Both the position numbers and the translations under genes were made by a program. Of a stretch of DNA of 64,000 nt, positions 33,181-46,200 are shown one piece after another (position 1 is the first letter of the stretch; the number at the start of each line of letters is the position of its first letter). The stretch lies in contig JAVKOQ020000007.1 in NCBI GenBank assembly GCA_031835245.2, forward strand, positions 310,001 through 374,000. Reading direction: 5' to 3'. The notes under the pieces are model-generated. The model saw nothing but the letters and a program-made list of their open reading frames with translations. It made no database searches and was not told where the DNA came from. This DNA comes from Balamuthia mandrillaris. Taxonomy: Eukaryota.

Positions 33181-36166
33181 ATGGAAGGACCACCCACAGG
33201 TTGGTCGTCCGGGTCGCTTTCCTCGTCCAAGCTGTCCGTGAAAGGACTCAAGCTCAAAAATATCAAAGCACCCGTTGGGAAGCCATTGATATCCTTTTTT
33301 TTTTTTTTAAAAAAAAAAGAAAACTTCTTCGGATTGTGAATCAACAAAAGAGAGGCTTCTTTAACTTGGTACTCAAGCGGTGCAAGCCAATGGTTCTTTT
33401 CGGGCCGGGAAAAGCGGCGTTTCGTTCTTTGAGGTGACCATTTCCAGTTTGGCTTCGGGAACGTTTGTTCTTCCATCTCTCCACTTTTTTGTGTAAACAA
33501 AAAGTGTTCATTATTTACTTTTTTTTTTGCCCGCTACCGCGCAGAACGGTTGCGGTAGGTTTCACCACCCGTTGCGACTGCTTTCCGGCCAGCGGCGCTC
33601 TGCCTGGCTGGTTACCTGGGTACAGTTCTTGTTCTTGTTCTTCTGCTTCTTCTGCTTCTTGTTCTTGTTCTTCTGGTTCTGGTTCTTCTTCTTCTTGTTG
33701 TTCTTCTTCTTCTTCTTCTTCTTGTTCTTGTTCTTGTTCTTCTTCTTCTTCTTCTTCGTTCTTCTTCTTCTTCTTCTTCTTCTTGTTCTTGTTCTTGTTC
33801 TTCTTCTTCTTCTTCTTCTTCTTCTTCTTCTTCTTCTTCTTCTTCTTCTTCTTCTTCTTCTTCTTCTTCTTCTTCTTCTTCTTCTTCTTCTTCTTCTTCT
33901 TCTTCTTCTTCTTCTTCTTCTTCTTCTTCTTCTTCTTCTTCTTCTTCTTCTTCTTCTTCTTCTTCTTCTTCTTCTTCTTCTTCTTCTTCTTCTTCTTCTT
34001 CTTCTGCTTCTGCTCTACTGCTTCTTCTTCCTCTACCGCTTGGGCCTTCCTCCTTACCTCTCATGAAACACAACAACAGGACGCACGGGTTTCACAGCGA
34101 TGACTGGAGTTACTTTGGAGGAGCAGGCCAGCCCAGGGCCACCTACCCTCAAGCCAAACGCATCCAGGCCGGCGACACCATCGGCTGCGGGCTCACCAAC
34201 GGAGGAGAGCTCTTCTTCACCGTGAATACTACCCTTGTCGCTAGAGCGTTACAGCTTGATGAGAACACCGTGTGCACTCCTATTATAGGTGTGGATGGCC
34301 CAGGAGTGAGCCTCATGGCAAACTTTGGCCAGCAAGCCTTTCGTTTTGACGTAAACTGCGTGTTTGATAGTGAGGCGAGCTATAAGACTGTTCCTACGGG
34401 ATGGAGTGCACCCCAGGAGGCCATGGATTCCACGTTGAAGATTAAGGGCAGGAGCCTGGACAACACGTCAACCAAAGACAGCGAGCTTGAACTCATATCC
34501 TTTATCTCGCTCTCCCTTTCTCTCACTCTCTTCGCCTTGCATTCTCTTTCTTGGAAAACAAAACGTGATTCCTTAACGAGTGTCGATGAGACCAACAAGC
34601 GGTGCAAGGAAATGCAGCATTCTGGATCCTGCACAACATGGTGTGTTTCTACGAGGTCACCATCGTTCGCCTGCCACCCGAAGCGTACATTCCTCTCCCT
34701 TTTTTTTTAAATTGACTTCTAGAGATTGGAAGCAATTGCTGAGATGACATGCTCTGATATGCATTCAGCTTGGTGGCCGTGGGATTAACCACTAAACGCA
34801 CATTTCCTGCCAAGGGAGCTCTTCCTGGTTGGCTAGCTGGGTACATTACTGCTATCTATTCTCTCTCTCTCTTTCACTTCTCTCTCTCTCTCTCCTCTCT
34901 CTCTGTCTCTCACTTCTTGTCGTTCCATTCTTTCCTTGACTGATGTCTTGTTTATTTCAAAAGGTCATATGGGTTTCACAGCGACGACTGGTGTTATTTT
35001 GCAGGATCCGACGCGTCAGAGAGCCAACTCGCTCTGGCTTCTTCCGGAAGGCGCAATGTGATCAGAGCAGGAGACACCCTGGGGTGTGGCATCACCAACA
35101 GAGGAGAGCTCTTCTTCACCCTCAACTATGACCTGGTGGCTGTGGTGGAGAGGGACATGGACCGCGCCTTGCCATACATGCCCGTGGTGGGAGTGTGTGG
35201 CAAGGTGGAGTTGCAGACGAACTTTGGAGGTGAAGGCTTTGTATTTGATGTGGGTGGCATGTTCAGGACTGCTGCCAATTGTCCTGGTACCTTTCTCTTT
35301 TTGCTTCTTGTTCTTGTTGCCGTTATTCAAATTCTTGTTTTAATTCTTCTTGTTCAATACCACTCTTCATATGCTATTCTTCTACTGAACGACGTCGTTG
35401 CTTTACTAGATATCTATTCTCCTGGTCAAAGCACTCACTTGACAGATATACCAGCCGAAGTTCTTCTGAGTACGATTCTTTATCCACTCTTCTCCAAACT
35501 TACTCAGCTCTCTCTGCATTCCCACTAAGAGCTGACACGTTAACTCCATATTATAGGGATCTTCGACGGCGCCATCGCAACGCCAAAGGAGGCAGTCTCC
35601 ATCGGCTTAGTCTGCAAAGCCTTCCAAGGGTTGGTGGTCGACAACAGCATCTGGCAAAGACTATTCCTGCAGCGGTGGCCCCAACAGAACCCCAACCTCA
35701 AGATGAGGAGCTGGTTCAAGTTCTTCATGCTCAGAGAGGAGGCTCTCCAGAAGTATGGTCATCGAGAAACCCTATACGCTTCTGGTAGTGCTCATCCCAT
35801 CGAAAACTGCGACTGGGAGTTTCAATGTCCGTTAGTATGGTTTGTATTTTTTTGTTTTGTTTATCTGTCCTCTCTTTATCACTTTGCTTATAGCCCTTTC
35901 ATCCTTCTTCTGCTCCTTATTATCCAAACAGGGAACAACTCAAGCCCGACTATTCAGTACCAAGAGACTCGTTTGACATGGAGGTCAAGAGGTTATGCGG
36001 CGCATGCAAGGAGCACGTCCACTATGTGACCAACCAGTCCGAGTTGGAGGAGCACGTCAGCCAGGGCCATTGCGTCTGCATCGACTTCACCCAACGAAGG
36101 CATCCCGAGCCAAGAAGAAAGATGGGCAAAATGGTGGCCGTCAGGCGTGGACCCACTTTGCGATAA
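33181..36166 (+). CDS. SPRY-SPRY-F-box-Cys-domain protein, paralogue B
   Basis: Two SPRY units (FFEVTI, VAVG, LPGW, GFHSDD, GDT(I/L)GCG, LFFT.N, NFG..F.FD), F-box LTDIPAEVLL and C-terminal CPLVW...CGAC. Confidence 0.85.
33289..33376 (+). other. U12-type intron 1 of paralogue B (AT-AA predicted)
   Basis: ATATCCTTT donor and branch TTCTTTAAC at 33357-33365. The in-frame acceptor is CAA|GCG. Confidence 0.65.
33626..34004. repeat. Long intronic (TCT)n/(TCTTGT)n microsatellite
   Basis: About 200 nt of pure TCT at 33800-34004. The orthologous intron of copy C has a shorter tract at about 37083-37210. Confidence 0.95.
34495..34592 (+). other. U12-type (minor spliceosome) AT-AC intron in paralogue B
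   Basis: 5' ATATCCTTT, branch TTCCTTAAC at 34569-34577 and 3' AC at 34591-34592. Phase-0 removal gives ...LEL|QQAVQG. Confidence 0.9.
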
Positions 36167-36650
36167 CAGACAAAACGCCTTTTAGACTGATATCCTATGA
36201 GAGGGGGGCACTACTGGCCTTCTCCGGTGCTCCATGTGGGCCTTCACTAATATAGGTTTACCTGTTTTGTAATTCTTCCCCATTTGCGAAGAGCTCTACC
36301 ATAAGTTCCGCTTCCGCTCCAAAGAGTGCACCGCTTGTGTGCGTCCATTCCACCCGAACATAGAACGTGGGACAAAAACATGATAGCCCGAACATTGTTC
36401 GCCTGCAGCCATAGTGGTGGTACGATGCAACCCGCAATCGCCGTCTGCTTCGTTTGTTGTGTTTTATGTAACAGTATCGACATGAGAAACTCACTCAGGT
36501 GACTGAAACTGGATGGCTTTACTGCCACGCAAGGGGACTTGGACCAACACTGCAAGCGTTCCCCGCGCATTCCTATATAGCCATCCAGTGTAAAGTTTTA
36601 AAAAAAAAAACTGTTCACTAAAAACAAATAAAAGAGAAAGGAAACGAAAG

Positions 36651-37795
36651 ATGGAAGAACCTACGGGTTGGTCCTCCGAATCGCTCTCTTCCTCCAGGCT
36701 GTCCATCCGAGGGCTGGAGATCCAAAATGACAAAGCGCCCGTAGGAAAGCCATTGATATCCTTCTTATTTTTTTTTCTTGCTTTCTCTTCTGTCGTTTCT
36801 TGGTGTGTTACAGCGGAGGTGGTGTTTCTTTGACTTGCAACAAGCGGTGCAGGCCAACGGCTCTTTTAGAGCCATGAAAGACCGTGTTTCGTTCTTTGAG
36901 GTTACCATCTCTCGTTTGGCTTCGGGAACGTTCGTTCATCTCCTTCCTCCCTTGATTGTTTTTTTTTTTTTGCTGATTATTTATTTCTTTTTGGCAAAAG
37001 AATGGTTGCGGTGGGTTGCACCACCCGCGACACTGTCTTCCCGTCCAAAGGTGCTCTGCCGGGTTGGTTACCTGGGTACATTTCTTCTTGTTCTTGTTCT
37101 TGTTCTTCTTCTTCTTGTTCTTGTTCTTCTTCTTCTTCTTCTTGTTCTTCTTCTTCTTGTTCTTCTTCTTCTTCTTGTTCTTCTTCTTCTTCTTCTTCTT
37201 CTTCTTCTGCTTCTTCTCCTTCTCCTCCTCCCTTCTTCTCCTTCTTCTTCACCACTTCTTTCGTCTTTTTTCTTTCTGCTTTCTTCTTCCCTCTTGCTTG
37301 TTCCTTCCTGCTCTCTTCGCTCTTCTTTCTTCCAACGTTATCCACAAACACAACAACAGGACGCACGGGTTTCACAGTGATGACTGGAGTTACTTTGGGG
37401 GAGCAGGCCAGCCCAGGGCCACCTACCCTCAAGCCAAACGCATCCAGGCCGGCGACACCATCGGCTGCGGGCTCACCAACGGAGGAGAGCTCTTCTTCAC
37501 CGTGAACAGCGCCCTTGTGGCACGCGCCATTAAGCTGGAGGTGAGAACTGTCTGCACTCCCATTATAGGTGTGGATGGACCGGGAGTGGGCCTGGTGGCA
37601 AACTTTGGCACCCAACCATTCAGGTTTGATGTAAACAGCGTGTTCGACAGCGAGGAGAGTTATAAAACCATTCCGACTGGATGGAGCGCACCGCAGGAGG
37701 CTACACGGTCCACGTTGAAGACGCAAGGCAGACACCTGGATAATACGTCGTCCAATGATAGTGATCTTGAACTAATATCCTTTCTCCGTCCCTGG

Positions 37796-37882
<87 letters not shown>

Positions 37883-39187
37883 AATCTGCCTCCTCTCAGT
37901 GCTTCCTTAACGAGTGTCGGGTGAGACCAACAAGCGGTGCAAGGAAATGCAGCATTCTGGATCCTGCACAACATGGTGTGTTTCTACGAGGTCACCATTC
38001 TTCGTCTGCCACCCAAAGCGTACTTTCCTTTCCTTCTCTTTTTCCTTTCCTTCTCTGCTTTTCTTTGTTAACCCATTTATTCCCCCGTTTGACCTTCGCG
38101 CTGTGTAGAATGGTGGCAGTGGGGCTAACCACCAAACACCTCAGATTTCCTGCTAAGAAAGCTCTTCCCGGTTGGTTTGATGGGTACATCTCGGTCCTCT
38201 TGCTCTTCTAGTTCTGGTTCTTCTGAATGTTGTTTCGTTGGTTTTCCGCTTTTTTCTTGACCTTCTTCTTTGTCTTTGAGTAATGCTCATAAATTTATTT
38301 TTCCGACAAAGGACCTATGGGTTTCACAGCGACGACTGGGGCTACTATTCCGGCTCAAGAGACGCTCCAAAGGGCCAACTCGCTCTGGCTTCTTCCGGAA
38401 GGCGTGATGTGATCAGAGCAGGAGACACCCTGGGGTGTGGCATCACCAACAGAGGAGAGCTCTTCTTCACCCTCAACTATGACCTGGTGGCTGTGGTGGA
38501 GAGGGACATGGACCGCGCCTTGCCATACATGCCCGTGGTGGGAGTGTGTGGCAAGGTGGAGTTGCAGACGAACTTTGGAGGTGAAGGCTTTGTATTTGAT
38601 GTGGGTGGCATGTTCAGGACTGCTGCCAATTGTCCTGGTACCTTTCTTCTTGTTCATGTTCTTGTTGTTATTATTATTCATGTCTTGTTCTTACATTCCT
38701 GCTACTGCTTCTCTATCCTCCTTTCTGTTCCACCATTGCATAGATATCTTTTCTCCTGGTCAAAGCAACAATCTCACAGACTTGCCAGCTGAAGTTCTTC
38801 TGAGTAAGCTTCTTTATTTGTTCTTTCTTTCTGGTCCCTCTTTGTTAGGCTTACAAAATTGCTTTCCGACTGTTACAGAGATCTTTGACGTGGCCATTGC
38901 AAAACCAAAAGATGCCATCTCTATCGGTTTAGTATGCAAAGCTTTTGGGGAGCTCGCTCTGGACAACAGCATCTGGCACAGGCTGTTCCTGCAGCATTGG
39001 CCCCAACAGAACCCCAACCTCAAAATGAGGAGCTGGTTCAAGTTCTTCAAGCTCAGAGAGACCGCCGTCCAGAAGTTTGGTCATCAGCCAGCACGAAATG
39101 CTTCCGGCAATGCTCACCCCATCGAAAACTGCGAGTGGGAGCTTAAGTGTCCTTTGATATGGTTTGTCGTATTCGTCTTTTGTTTGT

Positions 39188-39230
<43 letters not shown>

Positions 39231-39511
39231 TGTCTCCTGTTCTCTTTTCTGACCAAACGTTTTCATAAACAACAAACAGGGAGCAACTCAAGCCAGACTT
39301 TTCGTTGCCCAGAGACTCGTTTGGCATGGACACCAGAAGGTTATGCGAAGCGTGCAACGAGCACGTCTACTATGTGACCAACCAGTCCGAGTTGGAGGAG
39401 CACGTCGGCCAGGGCCATTGCGTCTGCATCGACTTCACCCAGAGGAGGAGGCCCGAGGTTAGAATGATGGGCAGAATGATGCCTATCAGCCGTGGACGTG
39501 GCATGAGATAA
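36651..39511 (+). CDS. SPRY-SPRY-F-box-Cys-domain protein, paralogue C
   Basis: Same exon structure and motifs as copy B. Confidence 0.85.
36756..36843 (+). other. U12-type intron 1 of paralogue C (AT-AA predicted)
   Basis: ATATCCTT donor and branch TTCTTTGAC at 36826-36834. The in-frame acceptor is CAA|GCG. Confidence 0.65.
37775..37927 (+). other. U12-type AT-AC intron in paralogue C
   Basis: 5' ATATCCTTT, branch TTCCTTAAC at 37903-37911 and 3' AC at 37926-37927. In-frame join ...LEL|QQAVQG. Confidence 0.9.
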
Positions 39512-40290
39512 CCTTGATGATGGCATTGTGTGATGTACGAACATATCGCTTCAGTCTGCCAAGGCTGTTACCCTAACAAAGAAGAGAGTATACATATAGT
39601 AAAAAGAAGTTTCCTGGTGAGGAGGAATCCAGTATGATGGTGCCTTTTGTAGATAGGTGACGATGCGCCCTTCGAAAGTCTCTTTTTCTTAGTTTTCCAA
39701 GCAGGATGAGGTGATGGATAGATCCTACGGAGGATGAAGACGCACGCCCTTCCTATTCCTCTGCTACACCCTCATTATAGTCCATGCAAAGCGGGGAATC
39801 ATGGATCGTAGTGGGCAGAGAGAGCGTTCTTCCCTTCCTCAAACCTCACGCTCTTGCCTGCAGGCATCGCCGCCGAAAACAAGAACAACACAACCAAACA
39901 GCAAAGAAGAAAAGGAAGAACTACCTCTCTCCTCCGCCCAAGGAGCCTCCTCCCCATCTCCTCTTCGAAGTTTCCCTCTCTGCCCCACAACCAAACCTTC
40001 TAAAAAAAAAAAAAAGAAAATAAAAGGGCGAGAAAAGAAAGAGTTATCGGTCGCGTTACCACCGTCCGACCTGGTGTTGTTAGTGGTTTCGTTTTCTTTT
40101 CTTTTCTTTTTTTTTTTTTTTGGCAAAGAAAAAGACGCATGGAAAAACGTCCTTTTCCTCCTTCTACTTCTTCTTCTTCTTCTTCTTCCTCCTCCTCCTC
40201 CTCCTCCTGCGTTTCGAACCTCGCATCCTCCTGCAAGCACAAAAGATATTAACTTTTTTTTTTTGGTCACCTCCCCCGCCGCACACCCAC

Positions 40291-43200
40291 ATGTCCCACC
40301 GTCCACAAGAGCGACAACAGCAACCGCACCGCGCTGCAGCCCTGGTCTTGGGCGACCGAGGCTGTGATGACGACGGCGTTTCCCCCCAGGAACGACTCAT
40401 CCGAGAGATCCGCAGGGACTTCGCCATGAGCAAGCCCGGCACCAGGACGCTGCACAGTTTTCAGAACAGCCTGGCCATGTTGGCCGACCAGCTCTACTCC
40501 CGCGAGCATCACTTCATTCTGGAGCTGCTGCAGAACGCCGAGGACAACCGCTACCCTGCCGACGCTCGCCCGGAGCTGGAGCTTTGCCTCATGAGCTGTT
40601 TTTCGTTCTTCCAAGCAGAAGAGGGAGAAGAAGGAGGAGGAGGAGATGAAGAGGAGGAAAACGTGGTGAATAGAGAAAGGCATGAAGGAGTGTTTTTGCT
40701 GCTCAACAACGAAGTGGGGTTCGACGAGAGGGACGTGAACGCCATTTGCATGGTGGGAGACTCCACCAAAGCGCAGAAGAAGGCCCTGGGCTACATCGGA
40801 GAGAAGGGCATCGGCTTCAAGTCGGTGTTCAAGGTGACCGACCATCCTCACATATTCTCCAACGGCTACAGGATACGCTTTGCCAAGGAGCCCGACCCGG
40901 AGTTTGGGATTTCCTACGTTGTTCCAACGGTGCGGTTTCTTCTCCCTTCTCTGCTGGTTCTTCTCTGCTTGTCTTGTTGTCCCTTCTCTCTTCGCTATGA
41001 AGATAACATTCTTTTTCACGAAAAAAGTGGGTCGACAGAGTGCCGAAGCGTATCCAACGATTGATGAATGGAAAGACGGTGATGGCGCTCCCCATTCCCA
41101 AAGTCATCAACACAAGCAGCAATCACCACACCACCACCATCGAAGCAAGTCCCTACCAACGCGTTGCAGAACATCTACAGCACATCTCACCAGAGATCAT
41201 CCTGTTTCTTCCAAAGTTGGAGAGATTCACCATTTCCGTCGAGACAACAGATAGCTCTTCCACCTTGTCTGCTTCTTCGTCATCTTCTTTTTCGTCGTCT
41301 TCAAAAACTTTGTTGCTGGTTGACAAAGACACTTCACAGTTTCCTCTCATCTGTTTAAGCTTTCGTCGAGAAGGATGCAAACATCAACAAAACGAAAGCG
41401 ACGATAACAACAACAAAACTTACTTTTGGGTCAACCATAAAACATTCTCCGTCCCAAAAGACGTCTACGAACCAAAACGAGAAAACGTTCAACAACGGCT
41501 TGTAAGCGTTGCTTTACCTCTCTTCTCCACCACCAACAAAAAGCAAGAGGCAAAAGAGGAAACAACAAAAACAAGAGAAGGAAAGGTGTTTGCGTTCTTG
41601 CCAACCTCTCAACGCAGTGGACTGCCCTTTCACGTAAATGCTGACTTTATATTGATTGCATCGAGAGAGTTTCCGATGAGCGATAACCGGTGGAACGAAT
41701 GGTCCCTGCGTTGCATAGCGCCTACCTTTGTGGAAGCTTTTTGCAGTTTGTTGCAGGTATACAACGATCATTTGTTTTCTTTTTTTTTTTATGGGCTTAA
41801 TGTTTAATAACATTAAAAAAAAGCACCCAGAGCACAGATTCAAAGCATATCGCTTTATTCCCACTGCTGCCGCAACCGAAAAGGCCTACCAAAAAGTTAC
41901 TACCCTCATCCAACAACAACTGAAAACCGTGAAATGCGTAATCCTCAGAACTCATTCCTCTTCATCATCGTCATCTTCCTCTTCCGCTTCCTCTTCGGCG
42001 TCGTCTTCGTCATCTTCGCCTCCTTTATCCCCTTCTTTCGCACTACCAAAGGATGCTAAACTCGGATGCGCTGAGCTCTATCGCCTCTTATCTGAAGCAT
42101 CGTCTTCGCCAATACAACAAACAGAGGAAAGACGCTTCCTTCATTTTGCCAATTTGGTTCATCCAACTGTTTATATGGACGAAACAGCTGCGGAAGGACT
42201 GAAAGCCATCGGCGTGCAAGCAGTGGATAACGCGTCTCTGCTAAAAGGCTTTCTTCTAGAGGAGCGCAACGAGATAGTCTTGCACCAGTTGAAGAAAGAT
42301 GATCCAAAATGGTTCGGCCAACTTTACGAATACCTAGCTCGAATAGGATTCAACGTTTCTTCTTTTGCTTCTGCTTCTGATACAACAAGACGAAGACAAA
42401 TTCTTCAACAGAAGCTCATCCCTACAGAAGCAAGCAGTTTTGGTGACGAAGAACAGCCACAAGTCTATTTTCAGCCAGAGAGGGATAGTCCGCTGTGGCA
42501 GTATTTGAAGGAAAGAGAAAGGAAACTGCCGCTAACTATTCTTCATTCCAGCGTGAAGCTAACACCTCAAACAAAGCGTTGGGTAAGCATAGCTTTTCTG
42601 TATCTTTTGTTTGTAAGTAAAACGATAATCCTACTCACATTTTTATCAATGACAAAAAAAAAGCTTTCAGACAACTTTGGCCTCAAAGAACTCAGTTGGC
42701 ATCGTTTTGTTCGTGAGATTCTCTTCTCGCATCAACAACAACTTTCAGCAAACAAAAACCTTTTCTCATTACACCCAAATGTCATCCTTCAAGACACTCG
42801 CTTCTTTTGCAAGCATCAATCCAAGTTCAAGAAACCGGCCGTCATCAAACTCTTGGAAGAGGGTCTTTTGCTTCTTCCTGAATATACCCTTCTTCATAAA
42901 CCGACCACCAAAAGAAAAGCTTCTTCTTCAAGTGAAACATTAACCATAGTGTTACCAGCTTCACTTTGTTCGAAGGATTGGAGACTTATTTTCTGTTATC
43001 CAGGCAAACAAGGACATTTCCTTCAACTGTCAAACAAGTATGTGAAGATGATGGAAGAGGAGGCAGAAAAGAGGGAGATAAAGAAGTTTTTTGTGGAAGT
43101 GTTGGGAGTGAGCGAGGTGCCACCACCGCCAGGCCCAGAGGCTTCCTTTCAGGATTGGTATCCTAAGAATGTCCCGTAAGTGTACCTTTTTATCTTTGCT

Positions 43201-46200
43201 CTTCCACTTTTCTCGCGTTTTTCTTTTTCTCTTTTATTTTTTTCCTCGTACTTTTGGCTCTTATATTCTTTTCTTGTTCATCTTCTTGTTGGTCTGCTTC
43301 TTCATCTTATCTATCTGTTCGTCCTTCTAACTAACTTTTCTTTCTATCATTGATAAGACTGGATGTGTTATTGTGGTGGTTAGAAAAAGTGCATCGTCAA
43401 ATATCTAGAATCGGAAGCTTCTATCAACGGCTGACCCAAACGAGTTGGCTTCCCTCCACAAAAGGACTGATGCCTCCGAAACAGGTTTTCTTACGGGTAC
43501 CATCTGTAACAGAATTGTTTGGAGAAGATGATGTGCCGTTCCTAGACTTTTCGGGGCAACAAAATAGCGATGTTCAGTTGTCCTCTGAGCTTATAGACTT
43601 TTTGCAAGTCAATCGCAGCGCGGACGTTGACATTCTTTTGGAACAGCTGCAACCAAACAAGTAAGGATATCTCCTTTCTACTTTTTCTTTTCGGCTTTCT
43701 TTTGTTGTCGTCACACTAACAGAACAAATAAACAACCCAAAGGAAAAACCAAAACAAAGAGAGAAAAGGCTCGTCGTTGGAGTTTTTGAGCAAAGTTTAC
43801 ATCCAACTACATGCCAGAGCCACTACCAGTCAGGTCTCCAAAGAAAAGATCGTAGAGGCCTTTCGTCAAACCCCGTTACTCTTCACAGGAATCGAATGGA
43901 TGACTCTTTCTTCTTCTCCTTCATCAACATCTTCTTGTTCGTCTTCTGCTTCTGCTCCTTCTCCTTCACCGATTTTTTGGGAGGATTGTCCATTAGTATT
44001 TGATAGCGATGAACGCCAACACATTTACCTCAGTCGAACATGGAAAAGCAATCGTGATGACGAGCTCTTGCGACAATTCTTCGTTCAGACTCTTGGAATT
44101 GAGGAGAGAGTTGGTGCAGATGCGTTATTGGATCGTTTGGCGGAGCTTTCCCAGAGGCATTGCCAAGAGTTTGAGCTTATACGAAGAACCTATGAAGAGA
44201 TTCATAAGCGACTTACTGACGATACCGCCAAAGTACGTTGCAATTATTTTTGCTCTTTTTCTTTCTCTTTTTTGCTACCTCTTTTCCTTCGCTTGCTTTC
44301 GCTTCTCTTGTCTTTTTCTTCGTTGCTGATTCTAACTTATTTTCAAAGACAAAGTTCAAAGCATTTTTGAATCAACACCCTGCTCTAATCCTCGTAACTC
44401 ACCCTCGAATTGCTTGGGTTAGATCAACCGAGTGCATTTGGGAAGATATGTCGGAAGCTAGTTTGGACGAGTTTTATTATTTATGCAAGACATGGACGAT
44501 TACTGGAACCAGCTTGAAGCAATTTTTTACTGGCCACATGGGAGTTAAAGATGTTACTTCTGCGAATGATCTCGTCTTCATTCATTCAAAATACATAGGG
44601 TGATGCTCTCTCTCACCTCCTTTTCTCTCCTCTCTCTACGATTCTTATTCCTTTCGCTGATATAGGGCGAAAAATACGAGCACAAAGCGCATGGAATCTT
44701 TATACTCAGCTCTCAACGAAGCTCTTTCCGCCCTGCCAAAGAACTCCCAAAGAAAGGCGAATTGCATCTCCATTTCTTCCATTTGGGGAGGCCACGACTG
44801 GGTCCCTCTCTCTAACTGCGTTTGGGATGATAACTTGGCTGACATTTTTCCCGATGAGAGGTACTGCTATCTTTGCAGAGTCTACAACAACAAGAAAGAC
44901 CTGCAAGATTTCTTCGTCCAACGGTTGGGCATTCAAAAGCAATTGGGGCTGAAGAACGTCGTTGAGTTCTTAACGGGCCTTCAAAACGCTGAAGTTACCA
45001 TTGTACTTTCTCCTTTCTTTGCTTTCTTCCCTTTTGTGTTATAGCTTTTGTCCTCATTCCATCTCATTGCTTGTTCAACTTTTCTTACAAAAAGGCACAA
45101 ACAGCAACTATTTATACAGCTTTGTCAAAACTAGCAACCTCACAAGCCGCCATTTCATTCCTTCAACAAGCCTTCCAATCGCAACCTCTTCTCTTTGTTC
45201 CATCTTTTATTGATAGAGACAACAAGACTTGGACCACAAGTTTGGACTGTGTTTGGCAAGATGTCTCTCGAGACTTTCTCGCTGAGCTTGTCTGCCTTTC
45301 AAAATACTATCCTAAAGACTTGAAACGGTTCTTTACCAATGTATTGGCCGTCAAGGATGAGCCTGACGTTACTATCATTCTTCGCATTTGGAATAATCTT
45401 TGCTCTTCTTCTTTCTTTTCTTCTTCGTTCTCGACCTCCTCATCTTCACCTGCATCTTCACCTGTTTCTACTCGCAACTCTCCGTCTGCTGCTTCATTCT
45501 CTTCGTTCAAACGACGAAACTACATAGAGACGATATTATCAAAAGGGATATTCCCTTCCCTTCTACATCTCTGCAGCAAAGCAAGAGACTCTCATCTACA
45601 CCTGAAAGAGTTAAAAGAAGCGATAAATTATTCGTCCTCTTCTTCTGTTCCTCATATTCAGATGTGGACTATAGAACGAAAGTGGAGACCTTTGCATCAA
45701 GTGTATTGGACTCATGATCCCACTCTCCTTTCCTTGTTCGAAGATTTCGCCCCTTGTTCTTCTTCTTCTTCCTCCCCTTCTTCTCCTTGTCCTTGTCCTT
45801 CTTGTCTTCTTCATTTTCTCCCCCTTCCTCCTGTTTCCTCTTCTTCGTCTGTATCACAAGAGATTTATGGGTTGGACTTTAGCCTCGCTTGGAAACATCC
45901 AGGCGAGAGCATGGACGAGTTTTCACGTTTGTGTTTCTCTCTTTTGGGACTTCGTGACCTCGCTTCTGTCATCCGGAAAGCTCCTTGCTTTCATGCAGCT
46001 GAAGATGATGAAGAGGAGGAAGAAGAAGAAGAGGAGGCGATCAACAGACGACCTCGCTATTTGACGGAGATGTTGAAGATTCGCTTTTGTACGTTTCTTT
46101 GGAATAAGGACAAGCAAACGTATCTGAGACTTAAAGAAAATGGAGGTAGGTTTCTTTCTCTCGTTCTCTCTTTCTCCTTCTTCTAACCAAAAATCTATTC

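Noticed and set aside
33465..34103. Long poly-Phe/poly-Leu/poly-Glu ORFs (also at 6440-6814, 7031-7688, 56238-56640 and 62429-62961)
   Set aside because: Artefacts of stop-free microsatellites in introns or intergenic DNA.
36170..36570. Short minus-strand ORFs between paralogues B and C (and at 39799-39990)
   Set aside because: No recognisable motifs or coherent exon chain; unsupported.
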